A stretch of DNA of 64,000 nt from Candidatus Uhrbacteria bacterium (GCA_016844925.1 JAERTI010000038.1:130936-194935); one strand, 5' to 3'. Counted from the stretch's first letter, positions 35,480-48,729 are shown. Numbers and translations are program-made. The notes: a model not told the origin generated them from the letters alone.

Positions 35480-35989
35480 ATGAGGCGCATGGGCGCCTTT
35501 GGTAACGTTGAGCAAAAAGCCGAAAGTCTTTGGAGAGCGGGTCTGCGTGAGCAGCTCGATGGCAACCTCTCTGAGGCCATGGACTTGTACGAGCAGAGCA
35601 TCGCTCTGCACCCAACAGCCGAAGCGTTTTCCTACAAGGGGTGGGCGTTCTCGCATATGGGGAAGTTGGATGACGCGGTGGACGCGTGTCTGGAAGCTAT
35701 TCAGCTCGATGCTGGTTTGGGCACCCCCTACAACGACATCGGTGCCTACCTGGTGGAGATGGATCGTGAAGACGAGGCGGTTCTCTGGTTTCAGCGCGCG
35801 AAGGAGGCACAGCGGTACGACACTCCTCAGTTTCCGTATCTGAACCTCGCTCGTCTCTACATCCATCGTGGGTATCTGGCCGGAGCGCTCCTCGAGCTAC
35901 AAACGGCAGAACTCCTCGCCCCCGAGGATCCGCGAGTCGGCCAGTTGGTCGCTCAAATTGGAGAACGGATGGAGGAACAGGATTCTTAG
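35480..35989 (+). CDS. tetratricopeptide-repeat protein
   Basis: Three or four TPR-like helices (AMDLYEQSIALHP...YKGWAFSHMGKLDDAVDACLEAIQLD...). Confidence 0.65.
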   Translation: MRRMGAFGNVEQKAESLWRAGLREQLDGNLSEAMDLYEQSIALHPTAEAFSYKGWAFSHMGKLDDAVDACLEAIQLDAGLGTPYNDIGAYLVEMDREDEAVLWFQRAKEAQRYDTPQFPYLNLARLYIHRGYLAGALLELQTAELLAPEDPRVGQLVAQIGERMEEQDS

Positions 35990-36077
35990 CAAGAATCCAC
36001 AACGCAATCTACAGACCTCACTGAGGTCTTTTTCTTTTCAATCACCCCTTTATCCGCTACCATGCGCGCATACAACT

Positions 36078-37868
36078 ATGGATCAATCAAACATACGAAA
36101 TTTCTGCATCATTGCGCATATTGATCACGGGAAGTCGACCCTTTCGGATCGACTTTTGCAATCTACGGGCGCGGTGGATGAGCGGAAGATGAAGGAGCAG
36201 ATTTTGGATTCGATGGAGCTCGAGCGCGAGAAGGGGATTACGATTAAACTCGCGCCGGCGCGCATGGAGCACAAAGGGCATACGCTGAACCTGATCGACA
36301 CGCCGGGGCACGTGGACTTCACCTATGAAGTGTCTCGTTCGCTCGCGGCTGTTGAAGGAGCGATTCTTCTCGTTGACGCATCTCAGGGGGTGCAGGCACA
36401 GACGATCGGAAACTTGTACCTGGCGCTGGGAGAGGATTTGGAGATTATTCCTGTGCTCAACAAGATCGACCTACCGGCGGCGGATGTGCCTACGCGTACA
36501 GAAGAGCTCGTGCAGCTTATTGGGTGTAAGCCGGAGGATATTTTGGCAGTGAGTGGGAAGACAGGTGAGGGAGTGCCGGCATTGCTCGACGCGATCGTTG
36601 AGAGGATCCCTGCGCCAACGGGCGACAAGGATGGTGCGGCACGTTCGTTGATTTTCGATTCGTTCTACGATGACTACCGTGGAGTGATGGCGTACATTCG
36701 CGTCGTCGACGGAGAGATTAAGAAGCGCGATAAGGTGCACATGATGGCTACAGGGTTTGATGCGGAGGCTCTGGAGATTGGTGCTGTGACCCCGGGGGGG
36801 CTCGTGCCAGCGGATGTGTTGGAGACCGGGCAGATTGGCTACATCGTTACGGGATTGAAGGAGATCGGTGGGTGTCGCGTTGGTGATACGATTACGAGTG
36901 TTTCGGGTGGATCGACGGACTCGCTTGGTGGCTATAAAGAAGTGAAGCCAATGGTGTTCGCGGGAGTATTCCCCCAAGAGGGTGACGACTTTCATCGTCT
37001 GCGCGAAGCCATCGAACGTTTGAAGCTCAATGACGCCTCTCTTATTTTTGAGAGCGAGCACTCGCCAGCGCTCGGATACGGATTCCGCTGTGGGCTTCTG
37101 GGAATGCTGCACTTGGAGATTTTAAAAGAACGTTTGGAGCGTGAGTTCGGATTGCAGCTTGTGGTAACCGTACCGTCGGTGGCCTACGAGGTGTACAAGC
37201 GCGATAGCTCTCACATGACCATTAAGAGCCCACTTGAGTTGCCGGATCCGTCTCACATAGAGAAGATCGAGGAGCCGTGGGTAAAGATTGATATCGTGAC
37301 ACCGTCTGCGTACATCGGATCGATCATGCAGCTCTTGCAGGAGCGCCGCGGGATGTATGAGACCACGGAGTATCTTTCCGGGGATCGTGCCATCTTGCAT
37401 TACCAGATTCCACTGTCGATGATCATCGTGGACTTCTACGACAAGTTGAAGAGCATCTCTGCGGGGTATGCGTCACTGAATTACGAACTGATCGATTATC
37501 GCGAGGCCAACGTCGTGCGCATGGACATGTCTGTGGCAGACGAGCCAGTGGATGCCTTTTCTACACTTGTGTATCGAGATGAGGCAGAGAAAGCGGGGCG
37601 CCGCATTGCCAAGGTGCTTAAGGAGTCCATCCCTCGGCAAAACTTTGTGATAAAATTGCAGGCGACGATTGGGGGAAAGATTATCGCCTCCGAGAGGATC
37701 AGTGCGATGCGTAAAGATGTGACCGCTAAGCTCTATGGAGGAGACGTCACCCGAAAGCGCAAGCTGCTTGATAAGCAGAAGAAGGGGAAGGCGCGCATGG
37801 CACAGTACGGAAAGGGAAAGGTCAATATTCCGACAGATGCGTATTTGAAAGTACTTAAGCGAGAGTAA
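36078..37868 (+). CDS. lepA: translation elongation factor 4
   Basis: IRNFCIIAHIDHGKSTL...DTPGHVDF...NKID, plus the LepA-specific C-terminus. The start MDQSNIRNF is at 36078. The ORF-track extension from 35868 overlaps the TPR gene and is not conserved. Confidence 0.92.
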   Translation: MDQSNIRNFCIIAHIDHGKSTLSDRLLQSTGAVDERKMKEQILDSMELEREKGITIKLAPARMEHKGHTLNLIDTPGHVDFTYEVSRSLAAVEGAILLVDASQGVQAQTIGNLYLALGEDLEIIPVLNKIDLPAADVPTRTEELVQLIGCKPEDILAVSGKTGEGVPALLDAIVERIPAPTGDKDGAARSLIFDSFYDDYRGVMAYIRVVDGEIKKRDKVHMMATGFDAEALEIGAVTPGGLVPADVLETGQIGYIVTGLKEIGGCRVGDTITSVSGGSTDSLGGYKEVKPMVFAGVFPQEGDDFHRLREAIERLKLNDASLIFESEHSPALGYGFRCGLLGMLHLEILKERLEREFGLQLVVTVPSVAYEVYKRDSSHMTIKSPLELPDPSHIEKIEEPWVKIDIVTPSAYIGSIMQLLQERRGMYETTEYLSGDRAILHYQIPLSMIIVDFYDKLKSISAGYASLNYELIDYREANVVRMDMSVADEPVDAFSTLVYRDEAEKAGRRIAKVLKESIPRQNFVIKLQATIGGKIIASERISAMRKDVTAKLYGGDVTRKRKLLDKQKKGKARMAQYGKGKVNIPTDAYLKVLKRE

Positions 37869-37869
37869 T

Positions 37870-37968
37870 ATGAAAAAGAAAACGATGCGGATTTTTTGGG
37901 GCATTGTTGGTGGGATGATTATCGTCTCCATGGTGATGTTCAGTTTCTTCGTTGGGTTCAGCCTGTAG
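37870..37968 (+). CDS. candidate 32-aa hydrophobic micro-protein
   Basis: MKKKTMRIFWGIVGGMIIVSMVMFSFFVGFSL. The ATG overlaps the lepA stop context (TAAtATG). It is below the ORF-track size cutoff. Confidence 0.25.
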   Translation: MKKKTMRIFWGIVGGMIIVSMVMFSFFVGFSL

Positions 37969-38035
37969 ACCGTTGGGCGTGAGAATGTAGAGGGAGGGGA
38001 TCTCCTTCTTACTTCTTAATTTCAAAGGTAGGAAC

Positions 38036-39766
38036 ATGGACAAACGTTGGGTCATCGCTGAGCCTATTTCAGACGATGTAAAAAAACAGTTCCCGGAGAT
38101 CGCTCCGGCGGTTTTGCAATTACTTTGGACTCGAGGTCTGAGGACGCAAGAGGAGATTGATGTGTTCTTGGGACCAGACTGGAGTCGGGACGTGTACTCG
38201 CACGACTTGTTTAATCACATGGTCGCTGCGGTGACGCGCGTCTTTGAGTCGTTGGAGGCCGGAGAGGTTATTTCCATTCATGGAGACTACGATGCTGACG
38301 GTGTTTGTGGCACGGCGGTACTCGTGAGCGCTCTGCGTGATATATGTCGGGCACTCGGTTTTGATGAGAAGAAGATTACGACGTATATCCCACATCGAGA
38401 GAAGGAGGGGTATGGCATGTCCGTTTCGACCATGGAGCATCTTCATGAGCATGATAAAACAAAGCTGGTGATTACGGTTGATTGTGGAATTTCAAACAAG
38501 CCAGCGGTGGATCGTGGAAAAGAACTTGGGGTCGACACGGTGATTTGTGACCACCACACCATGCCAGAGGAGTTGCCGGACCAGGCAATTTTGATTCACC
38601 CGTTGGTTCCTGGTGAAGCGTTTCCGAATAAACATCTGTGTGGCACGGGTGTGGCGTACAAACTCGCGTGTGGTTTGATCGACGAAGCGCGACGGCGCGG
38701 CGCGGATCTCCCTGACGGGTACAGCAAGTGGCTTCTTGATTTGGTGGCGATTGCTACCGTGACGGATGTGATGCCGCTCTCTGGGGAGAATCGTGTGCTG
38801 GAGAAGTATGGATTGTTGGTGTTGAACAAGACGCGGCGTACAGGGATTCAGAAGTTGCTTGACGTTGCCGGGTCGAAGATAGGAGAGCTTGATACGGTAT
38901 CGATTGGATTTCAGATCGGGCCTCGACTGAACGCGGCAGGGCGCATGACTCATGCCCAGGAGGCGCTTGAGCTTCTTATCGAGGAAGATGAGCTGCGTGC
39001 GACAGAATTGGCAATGCGATTGCAGGAGATTAACAAGGAGCGACAGAAGGCGTCGCAGGCGATGTATGTGCAAGCGGAGAGTCAGCTCAAGACCATGGGA
39101 GACGATAAGCTTCTTGTGGTGTGGCAAGAAGGATGGGGAGCAGGACTTGTTGGACTTGTGGCTGGGAAGGTTGTTTCAAAATATGGAAAGCCGACGTTTG
39201 TTGTTGGTCGAGATGGAGACAAGTTTGTTGGCTCAGGACGTTCTCCAGAAGGGTTCGACATCACACAGGCGATGCGGCATGCCTCAGATCATCTGGATAA
39301 GTTTGGTGGGCACCCTCAGGCCTGTGGGTTCTCTGTTCATGGTGAGGAGAAGTTTCTGCGCGCCGTTGAGAGTATGCGCGCGTACGCCGAGGAGCAGATT
39401 ACGCTGGAGGATCTTGGACCGAGAGTGAATATTGATGCCCAAGTTGATCTCGATGAGGTCGACTGGCCGCTCTACGATGCGCTCCAACCGTTTAGGCCGT
39501 TTGGTACAGGGAATCCGCGGCCGTTGTTTTTAAGCAAGGGCGCGAAGGTGATCTCGTTTTCTGCCGTAGGAAAAGAGGGATCGCACTTGAAGCTGCGTCT
39601 GCAAGGGCAGGGTGGTAAAATACTTCCCGCGATTGGATTCCGCTTGGGAGATTGGGTTGATCGATTAACCATTGGCGCAGAGGTGGATGTGGTGTTTGAG
39701 GTGCAGGTAAACGAATGGAATGGCAATCGTGAGTTGCAGATAAGAGTTGAAGATTTGAAACAATAG
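38036..39766 (+). CDS. recJ: single-stranded-DNA-specific exonuclease RecJ
   Basis: DHH motifs (GDYDADGVCGTAV; VICDHH) and the DHHA1 region. Confidence 0.9.
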   Translation: MDKRWVIAEPISDDVKKQFPEIAPAVLQLLWTRGLRTQEEIDVFLGPDWSRDVYSHDLFNHMVAAVTRVFESLEAGEVISIHGDYDADGVCGTAVLVSALRDICRALGFDEKKITTYIPHREKEGYGMSVSTMEHLHEHDKTKLVITVDCGISNKPAVDRGKELGVDTVICDHHTMPEELPDQAILIHPLVPGEAFPNKHLCGTGVAYKLACGLIDEARRRGADLPDGYSKWLLDLVAIATVTDVMPLSGENRVLEKYGLLVLNKTRRTGIQKLLDVAGSKIGELDTVSIGFQIGPRLNAAGRMTHAQEALELLIEEDELRATELAMRLQEINKERQKASQAMYVQAESQLKTMGDDKLLVVWQEGWGAGLVGLVAGKVVSKYGKPTFVVGRDGDKFVGSGRSPEGFDITQAMRHASDHLDKFGGHPQACGFSVHGEEKFLRAVESMRAYAEEQITLEDLGPRVNIDAQVDLDEVDWPLYDALQPFRPFGTGNPRPLFLSKGAKVISFSAVGKEGSHLKLRLQGQGGKILPAIGFRLGDWVDRLTIGAEVDVVFEVQVNEWNGNRELQIRVEDLKQ

Positions 39767-39768
39767 CT

Positions 39769-40173
39769 ATGAACGTACATCTTTATACAGATGGTGGATC
39801 ACGAGGAAATCCGGGGCCAGCTGCTTCTGGAGCCGTCGTTAAGACGCCTGAGGGAGAGGTTCTTGCCGAGGCAATGAAGTACCTTGGGGAGACAACAAAT
39901 AATCAGGCGGAGTACACAGCGATCATCATTGGTCTTGAGAAGGCTCGTGAGCTAGGGGCAAAGCGCGTTGATGTGTTTTTGGACTCCGAGCTCGCCACCA
40001 AGCAGCTTAATGGGGAATACAAGGTGAAGAATCCAGGGATTGCGCAGCGGTTTCTTGAGGTGAAAAATCTCATTCATGCGTTTGATCGTGTCACGTTTAC
40101 ACACGTCTATCGAGAGAACAATAAAGAGGCTGATGCGCTTGTGAACAAGTGTCTCGATGAGCAGCAGTGTTAA
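39769..40173 (+). CDS. rnhA: ribonuclease HI
   Basis: LYTDGGSRGNPGPAASG...AEYTAIIIGLE...VFLDSEL. These are the RNase H catalytic D-E-D residues in context. Confidence 0.85.
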   Translation: MNVHLYTDGGSRGNPGPAASGAVVKTPEGEVLAEAMKYLGETTNNQAEYTAIIIGLEKARELGAKRVDVFLDSELATKQLNGEYKVKNPGIAQRFLEVKNLIHAFDRVTFTHVYRENNKEADALVNKCLDEQQC

Positions 40174-40194
40174 GTGGTATACTTTTAGTAATCT

Positions 40195-41289
40195 ATGGGC
40201 TTGTTCGGAAAGAAAAAGCCAAAAAGTTTTTTGGGGGTCGACATTGGTGCGAGCTCTATTAAGATTGTCGAATTTGAAAGCAAGAAAGGACGCGCGACGC
40301 TCCTGACCTATGGGTATGCAGAGCTTCCATCCATGGAGGCGGGTGATACGATGTTTGAGGATCCCAAGGCGACTGGAGCGTTAGTCGCGCGTGTTTGGAA
40401 AGAGGCGGGGTGTAAATCAACGTCTGCTATGGCGGCGCTCCCAACGTCGAATGTGTTTTCGACCATTCTTTCCATTCCAGAAGTGAAGGATAAGAAGTTG
40501 CGTCAGGCTGCCGTGGATGCAGAGGTTGAGAAGCTCACGCCGCTCCCGCTTAGCGAGATGATCACGCAGACGACGTTTTTGGATGGAAAGAAAGAAAAGA
40601 AAGGGAAAAAGGGTGAACCGAAGACAAAGCAGAAAACATTCCGAGCGCTCGTGACGGGTTCTGCCAAGACGTTCATTCAGAAATACATTGAGATTTTTAA
40701 AGTCGCGAAGTTGAGTCTGCAAGCGATCGACACAGAATCTCTGGCCCTTATCCGTGCGTTGATTGGGAAAGACAAGGGAGCCATCATGATTCTGGATATT
40801 GGTTCCAAGCGAACGAATATCATGATCGTTGAAAAGGGGGTGCCGTTTGTTTCTCGATCGATTAATATTGGAGGGAACACAGTGACGCAGCAGTTGGTGC
40901 AGGCCATGAAGGTGCCAGAGGCGGAGGCAGAGCGGATTAAGCGCGATCTTGGTATGGCCGCAAGCACGGCATCCGGATTGGCTGGTGGTCTCCCTAAGGT
41001 TCTTGAACCGATCATGCAACCGCTGGTCAACGAGATTCGTTACGCGTTTCAGTTGTATGCAGGCATGGAGTTGGCTGAGGTAAAGGAGGTAGAGAAGATT
41101 ATCGTGACAGGAGGCTCGTCGCACTTACCACGTGTGCCTGAATATCTGGCCGAGACGCTGAACATGAATGTGTATCGCGGTGATCCGTGGGCGCGCGTTG
41201 TGTATCCAGCAGAGCTGGCGGCTGTGCTGGAGGAGATTGGGCCACGTATGTCTGTTGCCATTGGGCTTGCCATGCGCGAAATGGAATAA
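40195..41289 (+). CDS. pilM: type IV pilus assembly protein PilM
   Basis: FLGVDIGASSIKIVEF... is an actin-like ATPase fold typical of PilM. It is followed by a pilin gene. Confidence 0.85.
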   Translation: MGLFGKKKPKSFLGVDIGASSIKIVEFESKKGRATLLTYGYAELPSMEAGDTMFEDPKATGALVARVWKEAGCKSTSAMAALPTSNVFSTILSIPEVKDKKLRQAAVDAEVEKLTPLPLSEMITQTTFLDGKKEKKGKKGEPKTKQKTFRALVTGSAKTFIQKYIEIFKVAKLSLQAIDTESLALIRALIGKDKGAIMILDIGSKRTNIMIVEKGVPFVSRSINIGGNTVTQQLVQAMKVPEAEAERIKRDLGMAASTASGLAGGLPKVLEPIMQPLVNEIRYAFQLYAGMELAEVKEVEKIIVTGGSSHLPRVPEYLAETLNMNVYRGDPWARVVYPAELAAVLEEIGPRMSVAIGLAMREME

Positions 41290-41291
41290 TT

Positions 41292-41801
41292 ATGTCTATG
41301 AAGAATCAAAAAGGATTTACACTTGTGGAGCTGCTGGTGGTGATCGCGATCATTGCGCTCATCATTGTGTTCGCCGCTGTGGCTGTGAATAGCGCACGCT
41401 CTAAGACGCGTGATGCAACACGACTTTCAACCGTGCGACAAATGCAGTCTGCGCTTGAGGATTACTTTAACGAGTTTAATACGTACCCTGACGGGGACCT
41501 GCTGCCATTGGGCGATGCTTCAGAGAGTGCCTGTCTTGGCTCAACGGGATTTGCCGCAAGTTGTTCTGGAGACAGCTCGACATTCTTGCAGATTGTCCAA
41601 TCAACACACGAGGATGGTCTTGAGGGGATCGTCACCTGTGGTGAGCCGTCCAGAAAAGCCTTCTGTTACACCCAGCTTGAGGGAGGTGATGAGTACGTGA
41701 TACATTTTGAACTAGAAAACATGCTTGGATCTGTTGGTCTTCAGGCGGGTGTGAACTGCGCCACTCCTGAAGGTATGGAGGCGGGGATCTGCGCTGATTA
41801 A
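41292..41801 (+). CDS. type IV pilin / pseudopilin (prepilin-type N-terminal cleavage/methylation domain)
   Basis: KGFTLVELLVVIAIIALI is the class III signal with G(-1) F(+1) E(+5). The ORF-track N-extension from 41187 overlaps pilM and is rejected. Confidence 0.85.
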   Translation: MSMKNQKGFTLVELLVVIAIIALIIVFAAVAVNSARSKTRDATRLSTVRQMQSALEDYFNEFNTYPDGDLLPLGDASESACLGSTGFAASCSGDSSTFLQIVQSTHEDGLEGIVTCGEPSRKAFCYTQLEGGDEYVIHFELENMLGSVGLQAGVNCATPEGMEAGICAD

Positions 41802-41820
41802 TCATTAACTTATTACTTTT

Positions 41821-42417
41821 ATGGAAAAAGGACGACGGCGAGAGATGATTTCTGCAGAGATGCAGGATGTGGCAGGTCGACTAGATGTTGCTGATAGTGA
41901 ATTTAAGGCAGCAGAGGGTTTGCTCGAGGAAGCGATTAAGAATCAAGGGGATGTTCAGGAAGCGTCAGAGCTTTACGATAAAGCCGCTGAAGCTTTTGAG
42001 AGGGCTGCCGTTACGTATGAGGCACTTATTGTGGCTGCTGGCCGAGAGGATGAGCGACTTCGTGCGCTTGAGAGCAAGATGGAGGCAGAGCAAGGTTCTT
42101 TGAAGGCGGCGATGGAATCAGGTGACGTTGAGACGGTTCAGGCAGCTGCTACCGCTTTGGCTGAAACTGCTGGGCGTGTAAAAGAGTCTGTGGAGGCGAT
42201 GCCTGGATTGAGTGAAGATGAGCAAGAAGAGCTTGAGGGCTTGCTTGAAGAGTTGGGCATCACTGATGATAAGACTGCTGAGAGAATGAAGAATCGCATG
42301 AAAGTATTGCTTTCTGGTATGGAGACTCGTGATCCTGAGAAAGCCATTGAATCGATTAAGGCAGAGCCACAGACGGTTAAGCCTCGATTTACCAAACGAA
42401 CTTGGGCTGGAAGCTAG
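41821..42417 (+). CDS. acidic coiled-coil hypothetical protein
   Basis: 198 aa and E/A-rich. It is followed by a strong terminator. Confidence 0.5.
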   Translation: MEKGRRREMISAEMQDVAGRLDVADSEFKAAEGLLEEAIKNQGDVQEASELYDKAAEAFERAAVTYEALIVAAGREDERLRALESKMEAEQGSLKAAMESGDVETVQAAATALAETAGRVKESVEAMPGLSEDEQEELEGLLEELGITDDKTAERMKNRMKVLLSGMETRDPEKAIESIKAEPQTVKPRFTKRTWAGS

Positions 42418-42450
42418 AAAGAGAACGTTCGATAAACAATCGACAGGTTA

Positions 42451-42477
42451 CACCCCCTTGACAGGGGGTGTTTGTTT
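42451..42477 (+). terminator. rho-independent terminator
   Basis: cacccccttgacagggggtg followed by tttgttt. Confidence 0.75.
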
Positions 42478-42514
42478 TGGCAATGTCGACTGCCGTGTAG
42501 AAGAGGAGTCGATC

Positions 42515-42973
42515 ATGATCGAACCCATGCCCCGTCCGGGAGGTTCGCCCATGACGGCGATTCTCCTCAGGCGGCTCATGTACCCCTATGTCAGGCCCGT
42601 CGCCCGCATCGTCCACGAGTGGTACGAACATGCGGTCGCACGCGCCGGACCATCGCTTGTGAACACCGACGCTGCTTGCGTCGTGATGTTTTGCAAGATC
42701 TTGCCAACGGTCCAGGGTTCTCTCGGGGACCTTGCGGACGATCTCGATCAAGCCACCCTCAGCGAGCTGGTAGCTTGCTGTCTGGAGGCAGAACGAGAAC
42801 GTCCGGTCTGGGACACGCTTCCGGCGCGAGAGCAGGATCGTCTGCTCGCAAGCGCTGGAATCGATCGGCAAGAAGGGGAACTCACTCCTACGGCAAACCT
42901 GACCCTCTGGCACCTGCGCACACAGCTCGCGGTACCAAGGTGGTATGCCCACACGCAACGGTCGGACGCGTAG
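42515..42973 (+). CDS. hypothetical protein (GC-rich insertion between the pilin module and pilD)
   Basis: ATG with an AGGAG SD. 152 aa. GC is much higher than in the flanking pilus genes. Confidence 0.45.
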   Translation: MIEPMPRPGGSPMTAILLRRLMYPYVRPVARIVHEWYEHAVARAGPSLVNTDAACVVMFCKILPTVQGSLGDLADDLDQATLSELVACCLEAERERPVWDTLPAREQDRLLASAGIDRQEGELTPTANLTLWHLRTQLAVPRWYAHTQRSDA

Positions 42974-43020
42974 TCACGCGGTCCGATTTTTTTGTTGTGC
43001 AAGTGGTACACTGGGTCCAT

Positions 43021-43779
43021 ATGGAGATACTTTTTTTCGCAGGGATCTTTTTACTTGGCCTGTGTGTCGGCAGTTTTTTAAACGTGGCGATCTTTCGGGT
43101 TCATGAGGGAGAGCAAATCGTCCGTGGGCGATCTAAGTGCATGAAGTGTGAAGAGCCGCTTGGTCCTCGTGACCTGGTGCCCGTGCTGAGTTACCTGGCG
43201 CTCAAGGGACGTTGTCGTCGGTGCAAGGCGGTGGTGTCATGGCAGTATCCGCTGATCGAGCTCGTAACAGGAGTGTTGTTCGTGGGGCTGTATCTGCTGC
43301 ACGGTTGGGACCTGGTGTTTGTGCGCGACGCGGTGTTCGTCTCGTATCTGATCATTATCTTTGTCTATGACCTGCGGCACATGCTGATTCTGGACAAGTT
43401 TACGATCCCCGCCATGATCTTCGCGGTACTCGTAAACCTGTGGCTTGGTTTGGTGCCAGCCTGGTCGATTCTCGCGGGAGGGGTTGTGCTTGCGTCATTC
43501 TTCTGGATTCAGTTGCTCATCTCACAAGGAAAGTGGGTTGGTGGTGGCGATATCCGTATGGGGGCGCTCATGGGGTTCATGCTCGGGCTCACACACGGTG
43601 CGGTCGCGTTGTTCCTTGCGTATGTTCTCGGCGGGTTAGTCGGTGCGTATCTTCTTGTCACGGGGAAGGTCGATCGCAAAACGCCGATCCCGTTTGGAAC
43701 GTTCATGGCCGTGGGAACGTTGGCGATGCTGCTTGCGGGTAAGTCGATCGTTGGGTGGTATCTAGGTCTCTTCGCGTAA
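43021..43779 (+). CDS. pilD: prepilin peptidase (A24 family)
   Basis: N-terminal Cys tetrad (CVGSFLNV...CMKC...CRRC) and a polytopic membrane domain with the catalytic Asp (DLRHMLI...GGGDI). The ORF-track extension from 42472 is a GC-rich no-stop artefact. Confidence 0.85.
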   Translation: MEILFFAGIFLLGLCVGSFLNVAIFRVHEGEQIVRGRSKCMKCEEPLGPRDLVPVLSYLALKGRCRRCKAVVSWQYPLIELVTGVLFVGLYLLHGWDLVFVRDAVFVSYLIIIFVYDLRHMLILDKFTIPAMIFAVLVNLWLGLVPAWSILAGGVVLASFFWIQLLISQGKWVGGGDIRMGALMGFMLGLTHGAVALFLAYVLGGLVGAYLLVTGKVDRKTPIPFGTFMAVGTLAMLLAGKSIVGWYLGLFA

Positions 43780-43838
43780 GATTGACCCGGTACTCTGCCG
43801 GTGTTACGGTTCGACCAGCCACCAACAAGGAGAGTGAG

Positions 43839-46526
<2,688 letters not shown>

Positions 46527-46528
46527 GT

Positions 46529-47977
46529 ATGGATGTATCAACAATGACGATTAGAGAGGCGCGAGAAAAGATGGAAGCTGGTGAGCTAACATCTGAGGCG
46601 CTAGTGAAGAGTTGTCTTGAACGAATCAAGGCTGATAACGATGATTTGCATATCATGCTGTCAGTTGATGAGCAGGCTCTTGAGCAAGCCAGGAAAATTG
46701 ATGAGCGTCGCGCTGCCGGTGAGTCGCTTGGTCCTCTTGCAGGTATTCCTGTGGCTTTGAAAGATAATTTGCTGGTTGAAGGTTGGGAAGTGACAGCGGC
46801 GGCGCAGGTTCTTGAGGGGCATATAAGCTCTTATGATGCGACGGTGGTTTCTCGTTTGAAGAAGGCAGGTGCCATTTTGATTGGGAGAACAAACATGGAT
46901 GATGCCGCCATGGGGTCATCGACAGAGACATCTCATTACGGGCCAACAAAAAACCCTTGGGATCGCACCAAGGTTCCTGGTGGGTCCAGTGGCGGTTCAG
47001 CTGCGGCTGTGGCTGCGGGGTTTGTTCCTGTTGCACTGGGGTCTGATACAGGTGGATCTGTTCGTCAGCCCGCAAGTTTGTGTGGCGTGGTTGGGTTAAA
47101 ACCCACCTATGGTCGCGTGTCTCGATATGGGCTCATTGCCCTTGCGTCGAGTCTGGATCAAATCGGTCCGCTCACACGAACCGTGGAAGACGCTGCAACG
47201 GTACTGGAAGTTATTGAAGGCCGTGATGAGCACGATGCCACATCTGTGGAACTTTCAAACACAACGGTTCCTGAGTTGCTTGAGAAAGACCTCACGGGCA
47301 TGACCCTCGGTCTTCCAAAGGAATACTTTATCGAGGGGATGGACCCAGAGGTAAAGAAGGCTGTGATGGAGGCAGTGGCAGAACTCGAGCACGCTGGGGC
47401 CAAGATTGTGGACGTGTCACTCCCGCATGCGGAGTATGCGCTCGCTGCGTACTACATCATCATGCCAGCTGAGGCGAGTTCCAACTTGGGACGCTTCGAC
47501 GGGTTGCGTTACGGCTACCACTCAAGCGGTAAAGACCTTCAGGACACGTACTCTCGCTCTCGTGGTGAAGGGTTTGGGACAGAGGTGAAGCGCCGTATTA
47601 TGCTCGGAAGCTACACGCTGAGTGCTGGGTATTATGATGCGTACTATCGAAAGGCCTTGAAGGTACGGTCACTTATCAAGAAAGACTTCGATGAAGCACT
47701 GAAGACCGTCGATGCCATCGTGACACCAACAAGTCCTTCGGTGGCCTGGGGAATAGGGGAGAAATTCAACGATCCTCTGACCATGTATCTCTCTGATATT
47801 TATACGATTAGCGCAAACCTTGCGACGGTTCCAGCCCTGTCGATTCCGTGTGGATTCTCCGATGGGTTGCCGATAGGATTACAGATTATGGGCAAGCCGT
47901 TTGATGAGCACACACTGCTGCGCATCGGAGCGGTGTATCAGCAGAAGACTGACTGGCATACAAAGACACCTGCATGA
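46529..47977 (+). CDS. gatA: Asp-tRNA(Asn)/Glu-tRNA(Gln) amidotransferase subunit A
   Basis: Amidase signature [14 protein letters not shown]...[12 protein letters not shown]. Confidence 0.92.
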   Translation: MDVSTMTIREAREKMEAGELTSEALVKSCLERIKADNDDLHIMLSVDEQALEQARKIDERRAAGESLGPLAGIPVALKDNLLVEGWEVTAAAQVLEGHISSYDATVVSRLKKAGAILIGRTNMDDAAMGSSTETSHYGPTKNPWDRTKVPGGSSGGSAAAVAAGFVPVALGSDTGGSVRQPASLCGVVGLKPTYGRVSRYGLIALASSLDQIGPLTRTVEDAATVLEVIEGRDEHDATSVELSNTTVPELLEKDLTGMTLGLPKEYFIEGMDPEVKKAVMEAVAELEHAGAKIVDVSLPHAEYALAAYYIIMPAEASSNLGRFDGLRYGYHSSGKDLQDTYSRSRGEGFGTEVKRRIMLGSYTLSAGYYDAYYRKALKVRSLIKKDFDEALKTVDAIVTPTSPSVAWGIGEKFNDPLTMYLSDIYTISANLATVPALSIPCGFSDGLPIGLQIMGKPFDEHTLLRIGAVYQQKTDWHTKTPA

Positions 47978-48729
47978 TTCCGTATTTCAACGTTACAACG
48001 ATCGCATTAGGCCCCATCACCATTCAGGTGTGGGGTCTTATGGTTGCGCTAGGGATGTTGGTTGGTGCGTGGGCTGCAGCAAAGATGGCGAAGCATCGAG
48101 GGCAGGATGAGAAGATTATTTGGGACCTGAGCGTCTGGGTGATCATCGCCGCGATGATTGGTGCGCGCATCATTCATGTGGTCTATGAGCCCGCGACCTA
48201 TCTTGCGGACCCCATGGAGTTCTTCCGTGTGTGGCATGGCGGGTTCTCTGTCATGGGAGGGTTTCTTGGAGCCCTTATCGCTGGTGTGTGGTTTCTACGT
48301 CGCAAACATGTCGACGTCTGGGCTTACAGTGATACAGCGCTCTTTGGTTTGCCTCTAGGGCTCTTCATCGGTCGTATTGGCTGTTTCCTGATTCACGACC
48401 ATCCAGGCACGCTCACAGATTTTGTTGGTGGCGTGCAGTTTCCTGATGGGACTCGGCATGACCATGGGCTTTACTTGTCGATCAACGGCCTCCTGCTTTT
48501 CCTTACGTTCCTTTTGCTCGCCAGGCGCGGAGCAAGGACGGGGACGTACGCGGTCGTGTTCTTGCTCTGGTATGGCACCATTCGATTTTTCCTTGACTTC
48601 CTGCGTGCTACCGACGGAGCCATCGTCGATACGCGATATTTGGGCCTCACACCTGCACAATACTTCTCTTTGATGATGGTGGCGGGGGGAGCGTGGCTTT
48701 TCCACAAAAAATTGTCGAGAAAACATTGA
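47974..48729 (+). CDS. lgt: prolipoprotein diacylglyceryl transferase
   Basis: Lgt signature region (FGLPLGLFIGRIGCFL.HDHPG) in a polytopic membrane protein. Confidence 0.88.
   Translation: MIPYFNVTTIALGPITIQVWGLMVALGMLVGAWAAAKMAKHRGQDEKIIWDLSVWVIIAAMIGARIIHVVYEPATYLADPMEFFRVWHGGFSVMGGFLGALIAGVWFLRRKHVDVWAYSDTALFGLPLGLFIGRIGCFLIHDHPGTLTDFVGGVQFPDGTRHDHGLYLSINGLLLFLTFLLLARRGARTGTYAVVFLLWYGTIRFFLDFLRATDGAIVDTRYLGLTPAQYFSLMMVAGGAWLFHKKLSRKH

Noticed and set aside
35868-36077. ORF-track N-terminal extension of lepA overlapping the TPR gene
   Set aside because: LepA proteins start at about M-x-x-x-IRNF-IIAHIDHGKST. The extension overlaps the 3' end of the TPR CDS and has no conservation.
41187-41291. 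N-terminal extension of the pilin ORF overlapping pilM
   Set aside because: The prepilin leader must be short and end G|F-T-L-V-E. The ATG at 41292 gives a 9-aa leader (MSMKNQKG|FTLVE), which is canonical.
42472-43020. ORF-track N-terminal extension making pilD 435 aa
   Set aside because: The extension is Arg-rich out-of-frame read-through of a GC-rich region with no stops. The conserved prepilin peptidase N-terminus (Cys tetrad) begins at the ATG at 43021. A separate in-frame gene (42515..42973) with an SD occupies the other frame.
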